Source: Sulfolobales archaeon HS-7 (GTDB taxonomy: Archaea > Thermoproteota > Thermoprotei_A > Sulfolobales > Sulfolobaceae). From it: a stretch of DNA of 64,000 bases. The DNA is taken from positions 96,001 to 160,000 of the forward strand of contig AP024596.1 in assembly GCA_019704295.1 (NCBI GenBank). The letters are read 5' to 3'. The notes under the pieces were generated by a model that was not told where the DNA came from, made no database searches, and saw nothing but the letters and a program-made list of their open reading frames with translations. Made by a program: the position numbers and the translations under genes. Shown one piece after another: positions 49,354 through 60,284 of the stretch. Every line of letters begins with the position of its first letter. Within the stretch, counting starts at the first letter, position 1.

Positions 49354-50508
49354 TCACCTTCTCCTGGCGGATACTTTGCTTAAATACGCAGCACCAACAA
49401 TCACTAGGATTAATGAAACTGCAAGATTGGTAACAATATCCCCCTTGAGTCCAAAGGGAAGTAGGAGTATTATAAATGCGCCAAACCCACCGCCCACTAA
49501 CCTACCAAGGAAAAAGACAACATTATTGGCGGTGACTCTTAGTTTAGGAGGGTAAAATTCGCTTATCCATACGCCGAAATGAGCAAAAAATCCTGAGAAG
49601 AAGAATATGAGGGGAATGATATACACAGGAGTGATAATTAACATTAATAAGGAGAGAATTAGCCCTATTGCTGAAAATATCAAAACGGGAACTTCTCTGC
49701 CCAGCTTATCTGCCAGATAACCGTCAACGAGGTATCCTACAAACCCGATGATAAATGAAATGGAAAGAAGTTCACTTGCATGAGCAGGAGAGAAAAAGTA
49801 AACTTTCTCCAGCAATGTAGGTAAGAGAGTTATGGTTGGAACTAGGTAAAGGAGAGAACCTATAGCTATAGCTGAACCAGCCAGTGTAATCCCCATGTAG
49901 TTTCCCAATGAGTCACCCTTAACTGAATTACTTACGTTCCTAGTCTCCCTCCAAACCTCCGATTCAGGAAGAGCGTATGTAATAACTCCTATTATGATAG
50001 TTATTGTTCCAAGTAGAGTTAAAACTGTCCTCCAATAGTTAGTTCCTAAGAACGTTAAATAACCTGCTGAAATTGCACTTAGAATTGCCCCCAAAAAATA
50101 GAGTCCTTGCATGAAACCTCCAGTAAATCCACGTTTTCCTTTTAACCATTCTGCGACAAGAGCGTAACTTACACCGTTCTCCCCGTTAACTCCAAGTCCT
50201 ACTAGGAAAAGGAGAGGAAAAAATATAAGAATTGATGATACCAACCCGGCTAAAAGAAGGAAAAGACCAGAAGTAACAACCGCTAAAGTTAAGGAGAACC
50301 TACGACCAATTCTATCAGCTAGCCTTCCAATTACTATTCCCCCTATTGCTCCCCCGATCCACGACGTTGCTACAACCAACGAGAGTTCGGAAAGATTAGT
50401 ATGCAATTCCTCTTCAATAGGAGTGAAGAGAAAGGGAAGAATGTAAATGCATGAAGAGGATATGAGAAAAGCCGCAAAGAGAATAATTATACGCGTTAGA
50501 GTCTTCAT
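49354..50508 (-). CDS. MFS transporter
   Basis: GRLADRIGRR, GYLADKLGR, SEFYP.KLR. Confidence 0.88.
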   Translation of the reverse strand: MKTLTRIIILFAAFLISSSCIYILPFLFTPIEEELHTNLSELSLVVATSWIGGAIGGIVIGRLADRIGRRFSLTLAVVTSGLFLLLAGLVSSILIFFPLLFLVGLGVNGENGVSYALVAEWLKGKRGFTGGFMQGLYFLGAILSAISAGYLTFLGTNYWRTVLTLLGTITIIIGVITYALPESEVWRETRNVSNSVKGDSLGNYMGITLAGSAIAIGSLLYLVPTITLLPTLLEKVYFFSPAHASELLSISFIIGFVGYLVDGYLADKLGREVPVLIFSAIGLILSLLMLIITPVYIIPLIFFFSGFFAHFGVWISEFYPPKLRVTANNVVFFLGRLVGGGFGAFIILLLPFGLKGDIVTNLAVSLILVIVGAAYLSKVSARRR

Positions 50509-50641
50509 GACAATAGGAGTCTTATCATCGATTAAAATTCTTGCTGATTAGGAACTGTTAAGCCTAAATATCTAAACTTATAGACTTAAGTGAGGATTCC
50601 ATATGTAACTTTTTTGTGGAAATGTTTTTACTTTCGTTGGT

Positions 50642-50895
50642 GGTTCCGAGTGGGCAAAAGATCCGCGAGGATGGACAACCCCTTTGTATAGGCTTGAGGG
50701 TCGGTTCGTAGCTAATATATATAAATCATACCCATAATAGAATAAGTGTTACCGTGACACTTAAGCGAGGGTTAATGTGGTATACCTCTGCTCCAATCAG
50801 TGGTTCCGTCTGGGTCATCACCGTTAACTTCTAGGTGGAACCCTAAGGGTCTGTGGAGCCGTGAAGTAGGAAGCCCCGTTTAGGGGTGAGTTAAC
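50642..50895 (+). mobile_element. Non-autonomous IS200/IS605-derived MITE, second copy
   Basis: Colinear with 21781-22036 (GTCGGTTCG, TAAG.GTTACC, ATGTGG.ATAC.TCTGCTCCAA, GAAGTAGGAAGCCCC...GAGTTAAC). Confidence 0.7.
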
Positions 50896-51059
50896 TGCTG
50901 GGTTTGTACCTAATATGATGGGGAACCACGCTGTTTAAACCTTTAGCACTATCCCTCATCTAAGTTATTACGGACTGTCTGATTTACCTTATGCTAGGAA
51001 TAGGGGTATACCGCGTAAGCGGAAATTGCTAGATGGAGATGCCATGTTATAGGAACAGT

Positions 51060-51701
51060 TCATCTTGAGTTCTTAGGAATTACTAAAACGTTATCAGCTA
51101 TTGCTTTCTCAACCCCTCTTTCCTCGTTATTAATCAGAACTTTTACCTCTGCACTATTTCTTTTACTTAAATGTATTTCAGTTCCCGGAAAGAGCCTTAG
51201 TTCGGCAACCCTACGTAGAACCCACTCCTCCTCACGTATAATCATCTTAACAATGTACACTCCCTCCTTTACCTGAGACAATTTGAATCCCTGCGAATCA
51301 GTCCTATTCCCTATTGGATGACCGTGAGGACAGGTTGATGGATAACCTAATGCCTTATCTATTACATCTAGCATATCTGAGGACCAGACGTGTTCAAGTC
51401 TATGAGCTATTTGGTGAGCTCTTATCCAATCTATATGCAGTAGATCAGTTAACAATCTCTCTGACAGTCTGTGCGCTCTTACTAACCTCTCCGCAATTAG
51501 CATTCCGTCATCTGTTAGCCTTATTCCCTTTCTCGTTCTAGTAATTAATCCTAGCTTTTCCATTCTACTGACCTCCTTACTTACCGTCCCTGGGGAAACA
51601 TTGAACGCTATTATTAAGTCGGTAACTTTCGCTATTCCCTTTTCTTCAATTTGCTCGTATATTTCTTTTAGGTAATTCTCGAGGGGTTCGGAGAGATCCA
51701 T
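51060..51701 (-). CDS. DtxR/MntR-family metal-dependent regulator with FeoA-like domain
   Basis: ENYLKEIY, HRLSERLL, AHRLEH, CPHGHPI. Confidence 0.9.
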   Translation of the reverse strand: MDLSEPLENYLKEIYEQIEEKGIAKVTDLIIAFNVSPGTVSKEVSRMEKLGLITRTRKGIRLTDDGMLIAERLVRAHRLSERLLTDLLHIDWIRAHQIAHRLEHVWSSDMLDVIDKALGYPSTCPHGHPIGNRTDSQGFKLSQVKEGVYIVKMIIREEEWVLRRVAELRLFPGTEIHLSKRNSAEVKVLINNEERGVEKAIADNVLVIPKNSR

Positions 51702-51716
51702 TAATAAACTATATTT

Positions 51717-52388
51717 TTACTTCCTAAAAACCTTATTTACGAATTCGTCAAATCCGAGGCATGCGGGTTTTGACATGACGTAAGTCACGTGGGAGAAAAT
51801 TCTAGGATCTGAGTCGCTCACAGCTCCAGAAACGTTAGCCTCTTTGAATTGGGATAGATCCGTTAGAGAGTCTCCTATTGCCGCGATCTGGTCCGATATT
51901 GAAAGGTCTTTAAGTAGAGCTCTTAATCCAACTCCTTTGCCTCCCTCCTTTGGAATTATATGTAGCGTATTCTTAGTTATGAGGATGTTAAATGAACCCT
52001 TTGTGATCTCCTTAACCCTATCTACTAAATCCGACGTCATATAAAGTATTTTATAGGAAAGGTCGTATTTCCTGAACTCAGCAAAGGTCGTCCTTCTAAG
52101 TTCTGGGAATCTATCCAAATACTTTACAAGGTCCCTACCTTTATTCTCGCAGATCTCCACTATTCGCTTCTTATCGTAATAGACGCAACCGTTTTCCGCA
52201 ATAACGTAATCAACGCCTAAATACCTATACAAAGATAGAAGAAAGGGTAAGGAGTTCCCTGAATTCAGGATTACTTTAACTCCTGCTTTCCTTAGTTCCC
52301 TAATCGCCCTCATCGAGTTTATACATATTTCATGTTTTCCCTGAATTGTTATAGTTCCATCTACATCAGTTGAAAGTAGCATTTGCAC
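51717..52388 (-). CDS. HAD-IIB phosphoglycolate phosphatase-like
   Basis: TDVDGTIT, SGN, AENG, KGVG, IGDSLTD. Confidence 0.85.
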   Translation of the reverse strand: MQMLLSTDVDGTITIQGKHEICINSMRAIRELRKAGVKVILNSGNSLPFLLSLYRYLGVDYVIAENGCVYYDKKRIVEICENKGRDLVKYLDRFPELRRTTFAEFRKYDLSYKILYMTSDLVDRVKEITKGSFNILITKNTLHIIPKEGGKGVGLRALLKDLSISDQIAAIGDSLTDLSQFKEANVSGAVSDSDPRIFSHVTYVMSKPACLGFDEFVNKVFRK

Positions 52389-52419
52389 CGATACCTCATC
52401 AACTTTTCAAGTTATTAAA

Positions 52420-54129
52420 TCACATTGACGATGTTACTCTGTATACCGTCATTTTTATCGCCTTATTGTAACACTCCATGACCTGTTCTGCTGAAGAGCT
52501 CCACCTGAAGTTCTTCTCAACAGTTCTAATAGCGTTCTCCCTCACCTTTTCCCAGAACGAAGCGTCTGTGATGTTAAGTTTATAGGGAATGTCGGATAGG
52601 AAGGACGGGTTGTTAACTTCGCTTGCTTGCTGAAGTTTGAGTGCAGTAATCAAGGCCGAGGCCAAGTCGTCAATGCTTTCCGGCCAAGCTAGCAATCCAT
52701 TACCCTCCTCATTGAAGCGAATGTCTCTAACGAACTCCGCTATTCCCCCAACGTGATAACCCACTACAGGGGTTCCAAGCGCCATTGATTCAACGCCAAC
52801 TATTCCGAAGGGTTCCCATCTGGAGGGAAAGGCAAATGCGGAGGAGGCATAGAAGTACAGTTTATACAAATTGTAATCAGGAAAGTTTCCTAACACTAGT
52901 CTCACGTTATCCTTTAGATCAAGGGAGTTGCTAATTAGATCGTAAGAAACCCCGTAATCGCCTGCCGGTATTCCGAGGATAAGTAAACGGGCGTTACTGA
53001 TCTTTTGTATAACCTGCTTGAAGGATCGTATAAGCAAGTCAACGCCCTTCTGATACGTAAGTCTTCCTGCGAAAAGAATTAGGGGGCCATCATCTAATGG
53101 TTCATATGTCCAGTCGTCCCTTATGCCAAGTCTGTGCCTATTATTCCACAAAAGATCTCCAGTGGAGTAATTTCGCGGAATGACCTTAACTTCCTTTAAC
53201 AAGGAGAGTAAGTTCTTTCTCAACAGCTTTCTGTCCGAAGTTCCAAACCTTCTTTCCGCCTCCTCTTTTACCTGTTCTACGTTCCAATCTGTACCGTCAT
53301 AGGTTACGCAGGTTTTATTCTCTAACCAGCTCCCCGTTAGGTTAAATACCTCGTACGTCAGGTAGTTCCTGCTAACCGAAGTGAGTACATCCGATTCATA
53401 AGCGCCGAACTTCTCGATGTAACCCCCTGAAAACTCGTTCCATACATCGCTGTATTTAAGTAATTTATGTCTTACCACGTTCCATACGTAATGCTTAACA
53501 TCAACCAATCCGCACCAATTCTCAGATGGGTAGTGCCAGGGTAGTGAAGTCTTTCCTAGGAGGTGAATAGTGTAAATTATCGGCACTCCCAATCTTCTGT
53601 ACTCAAATTCCTGTTTCATTATTACCCCTGGTATTACCATATGCCAATCATGAACGTGGATAGCATCAGGTATTTCCCCCTTTGATATCCCCCTTTCGAC
53701 AATGAAGGGAACTGCCCTTGACGTCAAGGAGATCTTTTCAAGGGTCTCTAAGTAAATGTCTTGCGAATCTAAGTACTTTCCTGAGTTATAGTCCCACCCC
53801 TTTACAAGGCTAATATTTATTCCGTCAATAACTCCTTCCTCCAGACCTAAGGAGTAAGGATATGTCGTCCCATCTACGCCTATTCTAAAGCCGTCGATCC
53901 TCATTCCGGTATCCTGTAAGGAAAGCAGTCCCCTATATTGGCCCTGTAGATGTCTTCCGTGACTTGGCATTATTACCCTGACCTTTACCCCCCTTTCTAT
54001 TAATGCACTGGCTAAGTTATACACGGCCACGCCAAGTCCACCCATTGATGCTACCTTAGCCATTTCAAAGGAGAGAAACCAAACGAGGTTCACGTTATCA
54101 GGTACCCAAAAGGACTCTATTCTGCGCAT
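52420..54129 (-). CDS. glgA: Glycogen synthase
   Basis: KVASMGGLG, HVHDWH, AGRLTYQKGVD, PSRWEPFG. Confidence 0.9.
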   Translation of the reverse strand: MRRIESFWVPDNVNLVWFLSFEMAKVASMGGLGVAVYNLASALIERGVKVRVIMPSHGRHLQGQYRGLLSLQDTGMRIDGFRIGVDGTTYPYSLGLEEGVIDGINISLVKGWDYNSGKYLDSQDIYLETLEKISLTSRAVPFIVERGISKGEIPDAIHVHDWHMVIPGVIMKQEFEYRRLGVPIIYTIHLLGKTSLPWHYPSENWCGLVDVKHYVWNVVRHKLLKYSDVWNEFSGGYIEKFGAYESDVLTSVSRNYLTYEVFNLTGSWLENKTCVTYDGTDWNVEQVKEEAERRFGTSDRKLLRKNLLSLLKEVKVIPRNYSTGDLLWNNRHRLGIRDDWTYEPLDDGPLILFAGRLTYQKGVDLLIRSFKQVIQKISNARLLILGIPAGDYGVSYDLISNSLDLKDNVRLVLGNFPDYNLYKLYFYASSAFAFPSRWEPFGIVGVESMALGTPVVGYHVGGIAEFVRDIRFNEEGNGLLAWPESIDDLASALITALKLQQASEVNNPSFLSDIPYKLNITDASFWEKVRENAIRTVEKNFRWSSSAEQVMECYNKAIKMTVYRVTSSM

Positions 54130-55457
54130 TCATTCCACTCCACAAGGTATTTTTCATGGTTCTTGAATACCTTTTCGTCTCTTTTTTTAACCTCGTTGAC
54201 CTCGTTGCAGTTCCAAACAATAGCGAATTTCCTCCCATTCTTATAAAAGTAAAAGGGGTTTTGACCTTTTACCCTGGACACCAGTTCTTTCGTAAAGTCG
54301 TTTATAGCGAAGAATTCGTTTATGAATCCCTCTATGGGACTCTGGAAGTAACTGAAGTAATTGTGAACCTCTGCCGGACCTCCAGAACCTGTAAAAAGAT
54401 AGTAATAATTGTCACTTGTAGTAAAGTATCTCCAGACCTTTAGGAACTCCCCACCTAATTCCTTAGCTGGATACTCTCCCCTTCTTACGACCTCGTCGTA
54501 AGCCCATTGCATCTGGTTCCCGAGCCAACTCGTTTCGTTTTTTTCTATGTCAGCCCATGACGAATACTCCCTAGGAGGAACTATTTCGGAGTAACTCTCC
54601 CCTCCAAGTTCGGACGGCATCCTCATCTTTATTTTTCTCTTCATGAGTTCCCTTGGTAAATGGTAAAGGAAATCCATTATTCCGCTTTCCTGAGGATGAT
54701 GTTCGCCAAAAGTTTCGTAATCTACGAAGATCGTAGCGTTATTTCCTTCGGAGAATTCTACCCACGTGGCATATTTGTCCGCAGTAAGGGGATATTGATC
54801 CCAATTTCTACTCGAAAACCTGAACGCTATATCATCACTAAGTCTATAATTCCTTAAGAGTAAAAGCAAATCCCTGCCCTTGACCTTATATACGTAGTTT
54901 GGGTTTCTGACTATAGACTCTTTTCCCTCGATAATTATGCTTTTGAAACCAAGTTTTTCCGCCTCATTAACTATCCTGTCGTTTGTGATTAATTCCGTGT
55001 TCTCGAAGGTTATGGGATTAACATCAAATAAATCCTTAATGGTCATCCTCTGCATCTCTACTTGTTCTCTCCATTCTGAGAGGTCTTCCCAGAGAGATGT
55101 AACAGAGTGATAATAGGTCTGTCCTAAAAATTCTATTTTTTTCGTAGATGCTAATTGTTTGAAAATATCAATTAGTTCTGGGAACCATCTCTCCGCCTGC
55201 TCAAGAAATACCCCGGATACGCTGAAGAAGTACTTTACGTCGTAACCCTCATTTTCCCCATTTTCAATCGATTCCAGAATTATCCTACTAGCTGGCAAAT
55301 AGCACTTTTCCGTCACTCTCTCCATGATTTCCCTATTTAGGCGTACGTCAAAGTACTTCTCTAAGCTTACTTCTGAGTTTAATACTGGTTCCCAGAACGA
55401 GTTCTTTCTCACTCTGAACGGTTGATGTACTTCGAAGCCGATAGTCACAGATTTCAT
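54117..55457 (-). CDS. amyA: GH57 alpha-amylase
   Basis: FEVHQP, CYLPA, QTYYHS, ENTEL, LSDDIAFRFS, DYETFGEH, SWAD. Confidence 0.9.
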   Translation of the reverse strand: MKSVTIGFEVHQPFRVRKNSFWEPVLNSEVSLEKYFDVRLNREIMERVTEKCYLPASRIILESIENGENEGYDVKYFFSVSGVFLEQAERWFPELIDIFKQLASTKKIEFLGQTYYHSVTSLWEDLSEWREQVEMQRMTIKDLFDVNPITFENTELITNDRIVNEAEKLGFKSIIIEGKESIVRNPNYVYKVKGRDLLLLLRNYRLSDDIAFRFSSRNWDQYPLTADKYATWVEFSEGNNATIFVDYETFGEHHPQESGIMDFLYHLPRELMKRKIKMRMPSELGGESYSEIVPPREYSSWADIEKNETSWLGNQMQWAYDEVVRRGEYPAKELGGEFLKVWRYFTTSDNYYYLFTGSGGPAEVHNYFSYFQSPIEGFINEFFAINDFTKELVSRVKGQNPFYFYKNGRKFAIVWNCNEVNEVKKRDEKVFKNHEKYLVEWNECAE

Positions 55458-55500
55458 TGAAACACCATAACATATTATTGACAATTACTTTATAATAAAT

Positions 55501-56751
55501 ATGGACTTGTCCGATGTAAAGGTGATAATACCAATAGGTGGAGAGGCAACTAGAATGAAACCCCTTACGGTGGAAACGTCAAAAGCTACGGTAAGGATTC
55601 TCAACAGGCCCTTACTTGAGTTCGCTATAATTGAGCTTGCTAGACAGGGAGTTAAGGAGTTCATATTCGGAGTTAGGGGTTATGTGAACTATAGGTCCCT
55701 ATACGAGGCATTTAAAGAGGGAATAGGAATTTCCGCCAGATATAAGATAAAGCCAAGACTTCACTTCAAATATCAGCCGAGGATAGATAGTGTAGGCAAC
55801 GCTGATTCCGTAAGGATTAACATGGACTATTACGACATAGAAGAGCCTACGTTAGTTATTCAGGGCGATAACCTGTTTAAACTCAACCTAGGGAATTTCC
55901 TAGAATATCATCTCAAAAACGACGCAACGATGACGATAATGTTGAAGAGCGTGGAGGACGTCTCAGAGTTCGGCGTAGCCAGGCTTACAGATGAGAATAG
56001 AATAGTGGAATTCGTGGAGAAGCCTAGACCAGAACAGGCCCCCTCAAAGCTAGCCAATACAGGCATCTACATGTTGAATCCGGCGATAAAGGAAGTATTT
56101 AAGGAGAAGGACGTGGTGAAGATGAGGAAGGAGGGACATCTGGATTTCGGGAAGGACTTCATTCCCTATCTAATAAAGAGAGATTACAAGGTTTTCGGCT
56201 TTACTTCGGAGGATTTGTGGTTTGATGTGGGTACTCCTTCTAGGTATTTGGAGGCAATGCAAACACTCCTCAGGACTCTCCCCCCTGACGATTTTCACGG
56301 AGAACAGCTCTCCCCAGAGGTTAAGGTTTTCGTTCAGGGGCAGAGTCCAGACTCAGTAAAGAGGAGAAATTACATAAAAAGGAAGTTTAAAGAAGGGGAA
56401 ATAAAGTTAGAGAACAACGTACTCATAGGTAGACATTGTCAAATAGGACCTGGGACCTACATAGCCGACTCGGTAATTGACAACTTCAGTATAGTTAGGA
56501 GTAACTCGATAATTGTAAGGTCTTCCGTTATGGATAGGGTATTTATAGGGGAAAACGCATATGTGGAAAATTCGATCATCGGTCGGCATTGCGAGATAAG
56601 ATCCACTCGGGATGAACCGGTTAAGATAATAGACTCCGTAGTGGCTGATGACGTAATAATAGAGGAGGGAACTACGGTAATAAGATCTAAGATTTACCCT
56701 CACAAAACGGTAACTTCTCATAGCAGGATAGAGGATACAACCATAATCTAG
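55501..56751 (+). CDS. NDP-sugar pyrophosphorylase (GlgC-like)
   Basis: PIGGEATRMKPLT, QGDN, FVEKP, ANTGIY, DFGKD, WFDVGTP, C-terminal hexapeptide repeats; divergent from amyA-glgA. Confidence 0.87.
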   Translation: MDLSDVKVIIPIGGEATRMKPLTVETSKATVRILNRPLLEFAIIELARQGVKEFIFGVRGYVNYRSLYEAFKEGIGISARYKIKPRLHFKYQPRIDSVGNADSVRINMDYYDIEEPTLVIQGDNLFKLNLGNFLEYHLKNDATMTIMLKSVEDVSEFGVARLTDENRIVEFVEKPRPEQAPSKLANTGIYMLNPAIKEVFKEKDVVKMRKEGHLDFGKDFIPYLIKRDYKVFGFTSEDLWFDVGTPSRYLEAMQTLLRTLPPDDFHGEQLSPEVKVFVQGQSPDSVKRRNYIKRKFKEGEIKLENNVLIGRHCQIGPGTYIADSVIDNFSIVRSNSIIVRSSVMDRVFIGENAYVENSIIGRHCEIRSTRDEPVKIIDSVVADDVIIEEGTTVIRSKIYPHKTVTSHSRIEDTTII

Positions 56752-56813
56752 GCAATTTTTGCACAGAAAAGTGAATTTATAACTTCAGGATGTGTTTCTT
56801 TAACAGTGAAAAC

Positions 56814-57461
56814 ATGAAACTTTATCAGAAGTTTCCAGATACTCAAGTCCTAACAACGAAGGGTCCGATTGATTTTTATAAGGACGTATTTAGCAAAGGA
56901 AAATGGTTGTTCCTATTCGCTCATCCTGCCGATTTCACACCAGTTTGCACAACGGAATTTGTCGGATTTGCTCAGGTGTATGATGAATTCAAGAAATTAG
57001 GTGTGGAAATGATAGGGATGAGTGTTGATAGCATATATTCACATCTCCAGTGGTTACAGGACATTGAGAATAGATATGGAGTAACGATCCCATTTCCCTT
57101 GATAGCCGATCCCGATAAGAAGTTGGCCAGAATGCTTGACATAATTGACGAAGCGTCCGGAGTGACTATCAGGGCAGTTTTCCTAGTGAATCCAGAAGGT
57201 GTGATAAGGTTTATGGCATATTATCCCATAGAATACGGTAGGAAAATAGAGGAAATGCTAAGGATTACGAAAGCTGCTATAGTAAACTATAAGGCAAAGG
57301 TATCTTTGCCCGCTGACTGGGAACCCGGAAAGGAAGTAATTCTGCCCACAGCAACAACCATAGACGAAGCTAGGATGAGAGCAAAGCTACCTAATGCGAA
57401 GGCCTGGTATATAGTAATGAAAAAGTATGAGGAGTTGCCTCCAGAACAGAGAATTCAGTAA
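56814..57461 (+). CDS. Peroxiredoxin (Prx6-like, single Cys)
   Basis: HPADFTPVCTTEF; no other Cys from ATG 56814. Confidence 0.9.
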   Translation: MKLYQKFPDTQVLTTKGPIDFYKDVFSKGKWLFLFAHPADFTPVCTTEFVGFAQVYDEFKKLGVEMIGMSVDSIYSHLQWLQDIENRYGVTIPFPLIADPDKKLARMLDIIDEASGVTIRAVFLVNPEGVIRFMAYYPIEYGRKIEEMLRITKAAIVNYKAKVSLPADWEPGKEVILPTATTIDEARMRAKLPNAKAWYIVMKKYEELPPEQRIQ

Positions 57462-58222
57462 AAGGAATAAGATACAACTAACATCGACCACAAGTTTTTA
57501 TCTATAAATCCACACGCATCAAGGAGATTTTTAGCCTTTTTTATAGATGTAGCACTCCCTACTAGGAAACCTCCATCTCCGCTTTCTACGTGAAACACCT
57601 CAAAGTTGTTAAGAAGTTTGTATATGTCCCCAATTTTTCTACTAAATAGGCTGAATACTGCTATATCTGCCCTTTCTAGGTCAATGATTGGGTAAATTCT
57701 CACCATCGCTTCCTTTATCATAAACTCTATTCTCTTTTTCACTATAGATGGGTTCACTCCTATTTTCTCGGCGATTTTATACACAGGTATTGTTGGCTCT
57801 TTTCTTAGAAATGATATTATTTCATAATCTGTTTTATCAATCTCGAGAATTTTCCGCTCAGGAATATATTTCAGTATAGGTTCACCTAGTTCCTCTGAAA
57901 TAATTTGGGATTTTTCCTCTAGTTCGTTTTGTGACTTTGCCGCTATTTGATAGACGTTGAATTCCTCCATGCATTCGAATCTTGAAACCAGCTCTCCATT
58001 GTAGTTTTTCCTATTTCTGAAGATGAGAATACCGTGATACAATCCGAGGGCATTAGGATCTACGTAACAACTGTACCCCTTTATGATCCCCTCCTTTTCC
58101 ATCTTATCTATTCTGTATCCTATTACTTGAGGTAATAGCCTTAATAGAGATGCAAGGGATGTAGTTTTTCTTCTCCCGTTTCTAAGTAAGTCGACAAGAA
58201 TTTCCCTGTCTATTTGATCCAT
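57455..58222 (-). CDS. Lrp/AsnC-like regulator with two HTH modules
   Basis: MDQIDREIL..L..NGR...YRI.KM...GIIKGY; second IDKTDYEII..L. Confidence 0.8.
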   Translation of the reverse strand: MDQIDREILVDLLRNGRRKTTSLASLLRLLPQVIGYRIDKMEKEGIIKGYSCYVDPNALGLYHGILIFRNRKNYNGELVSRFECMEEFNVYQIAAKSQNELEEKSQIISEELGEPILKYIPERKILEIDKTDYEIISFLRKEPTIPVYKIAEKIGVNPSIVKKRIEFMIKEAMVRIYPIIDLERADIAVFSLFSRKIGDIYKLLNNFEVFHVESGDGGFLVGSATSIKKAKNLLDACGFIDKNLWSMLVVSYSFY

Positions 58223-58458
58223 AGCTAAATTACGGGTTTTCGTAAATAAATATTGTCCAATAATATCTAACGCTTTCCATAATTTCCTTAAATTAGTTAC
58301 AAACGTTCACTGTATAATCCTTACTAATATTGAAATCCCTTAATCGCTTCAGTAAAACAGTGTTATGAACCTTAAAAGCTTGAATCGCAAATTTCCCAGT
58401 GATTGTATTGAATAGTAAAGCTTATTAATCATAAAATTTCATTTTAGGGTGACCCTAA

Positions 58459-60036
58459 ATGGCGGAAAAATCTCAAGAGGTTATTCCCAGATTAAGGAAA
58501 GGTGCTGTTAACACCTTGGAGGCGATAGCGCAGGAGATAGCAGCAATGGCTCCTGCATGTGATACAGTAGCCTTCATCACGTCCGCAGCAACAGCTGCAT
58601 TTGTCTTAACACCGCTAGCATTTCTGATCGCCATGGCCACTATGTATTTGGAGGTAAACACGTTATACCACTTATCGAAAAGACACGCGAGTGCAGGCGG
58701 TTATTACGGATATATAGCGACGGCATTTGGAGCCCGACCAGCTGCTGTATCGGGATTGCTTTACGTTCTTTACCAGGTTGCAAGTACGGCGGCTATACCG
58801 GTCTACGTCGCGGGTGTTGTCCTACCGGGCGTTTTAAACTACTTTTGGGGAATTCAGCTACCAGGGTGGATATGGATTCCGTTTATAGTGGGCTTCATAA
58901 TGATTCCGATAGTTTTGGCTATGGTTGGAATAAGGCCTCAGATGAAGTACGTAAGATACGCTGCTCTCACAGAGGTAGCTTTCCTAATGATCACCAGCGT
59001 GATAATCATATTGAAGGCACCTGACAATACGTTAGCAGTGTTTAATCCTTTTGATCCAAGATGGAATTTACTTTATGGAAAACAGTTTGGACTAGAAGGC
59101 GGTCCTTTGGCAGGTTTGGGATTGGGCATGATATTCGGGATTACCAGCTTCATAGGGTATGGAGGATCCGCTCCTTTAGGAGAGGAGGCAAAGAGTTCAA
59201 AGCAAATAACTAAAGCGCTAGTACTTGGAGTGTTAATTGTAGGCGCTGTTCTTACTAGCGTGTCTTACTCGCTCATTGTTGGTTGGGGGATAAACAACAT
59301 TGTGGCGTTCGCAAACAATCCTATTCCGGGGATAATAGTTTACGCTGAGTATTTGGGTGTAGCTGGAGGACTGATGTTAGCCCTCTTTGCATTTAACTCA
59401 GCTTTTTCCGACTCCGTAGCTATGCAATCAAATGCCGGTAGAGTATACTTTGCTATGGCAAGAGACGGTTTACTTCCCAAATTCTTCGCAGAAGTACATA
59501 AGAAGTGGATAACCCCACATAAGTCGCTTCTGTTTATCGGTATACTTTCGTCGATTTTGGCTGTCATAACTGGCTTTGGTATTGGATATATGTCAGGAGT
59601 AACTCCTTACCAGATGCTTACCCTACCAGCAACCTCTACTGACGTATTTAACGCCCTGAGTAATGGCTTTGACTTTCTAACCACAATAGCGCTGGTAGGC
59701 CTAGTAGTAACCCATATTCTGTTAAACACCTCAGTTATGACGATGTTCGCGAGATTAAAGGAAAAGCACTACGGATTCAAGAAAATCCTACATCCCCTAC
59801 AGCACTACGGCTTGCCAATAATTGCCACAATAGTTTTCGGATTTGTCGTTTACGAATCGCTTGCCTCTTTCGTATTTCCGTATAATATAGCTACTTACGC
59901 GTCGTTTGGTTACCTAGCTTTTGCCACAATATACGTTCTCATCAAAGCCAAAATGAATCCAAAATTCCTGCAAATAGCAGGCAAAAGGGTTAATCTCGTA
60001 GATGAAGAACGTGCAGAGGAAAAACACCTCTCCTAA
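58459..60036 (+). CDS. APC-family amino acid permease
   Basis: 12 TM, AMAPA, SAGGYYGY, FIGYG...PLGEE, RVYFAMARDG.LP. Confidence 0.9.
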   Translation: MAEKSQEVIPRLRKGAVNTLEAIAQEIAAMAPACDTVAFITSAATAAFVLTPLAFLIAMATMYLEVNTLYHLSKRHASAGGYYGYIATAFGARPAAVSGLLYVLYQVASTAAIPVYVAGVVLPGVLNYFWGIQLPGWIWIPFIVGFIMIPIVLAMVGIRPQMKYVRYAALTEVAFLMITSVIIILKAPDNTLAVFNPFDPRWNLLYGKQFGLEGGPLAGLGLGMIFGITSFIGYGGSAPLGEEAKSSKQITKALVLGVLIVGAVLTSVSYSLIVGWGINNIVAFANNPIPGIIVYAEYLGVAGGLMLALFAFNSAFSDSVAMQSNAGRVYFAMARDGLLPKFFAEVHKKWITPHKSLLFIGILSSILAVITGFGIGYMSGVTPYQMLTLPATSTDVFNALSNGFDFLTTIALVGLVVTHILLNTSVMTMFARLKEKHYGFKKILHPLQHYGLPIIATIVFGFVVYESLASFVFPYNIATYASFGYLAFATIYVLIKAKMNPKFLQIAGKRVNLVDEERAEEKHLS

Positions 60037-60284
60037 AAGTACTTAACTCAAGTGGGAGACTGTAATAAGGGAATCCTTAGGAATTCTGGAATGAGTTCTT
60101 TTTGTACACTTAGTAACCCTATTCGTGAATTAGCAGGAATGCTAAAAAATACACCCTTATGTTTTAGAGGATTTTTACGACCCTATTGTAATCTTTAAAT
60201 CATCTATTCTGGAAGGGGAATGTCACAATAGAAGGTTAAAGTTAATATTAAATGAACCTGCTCATTATGCAAATACGGCGCTCC

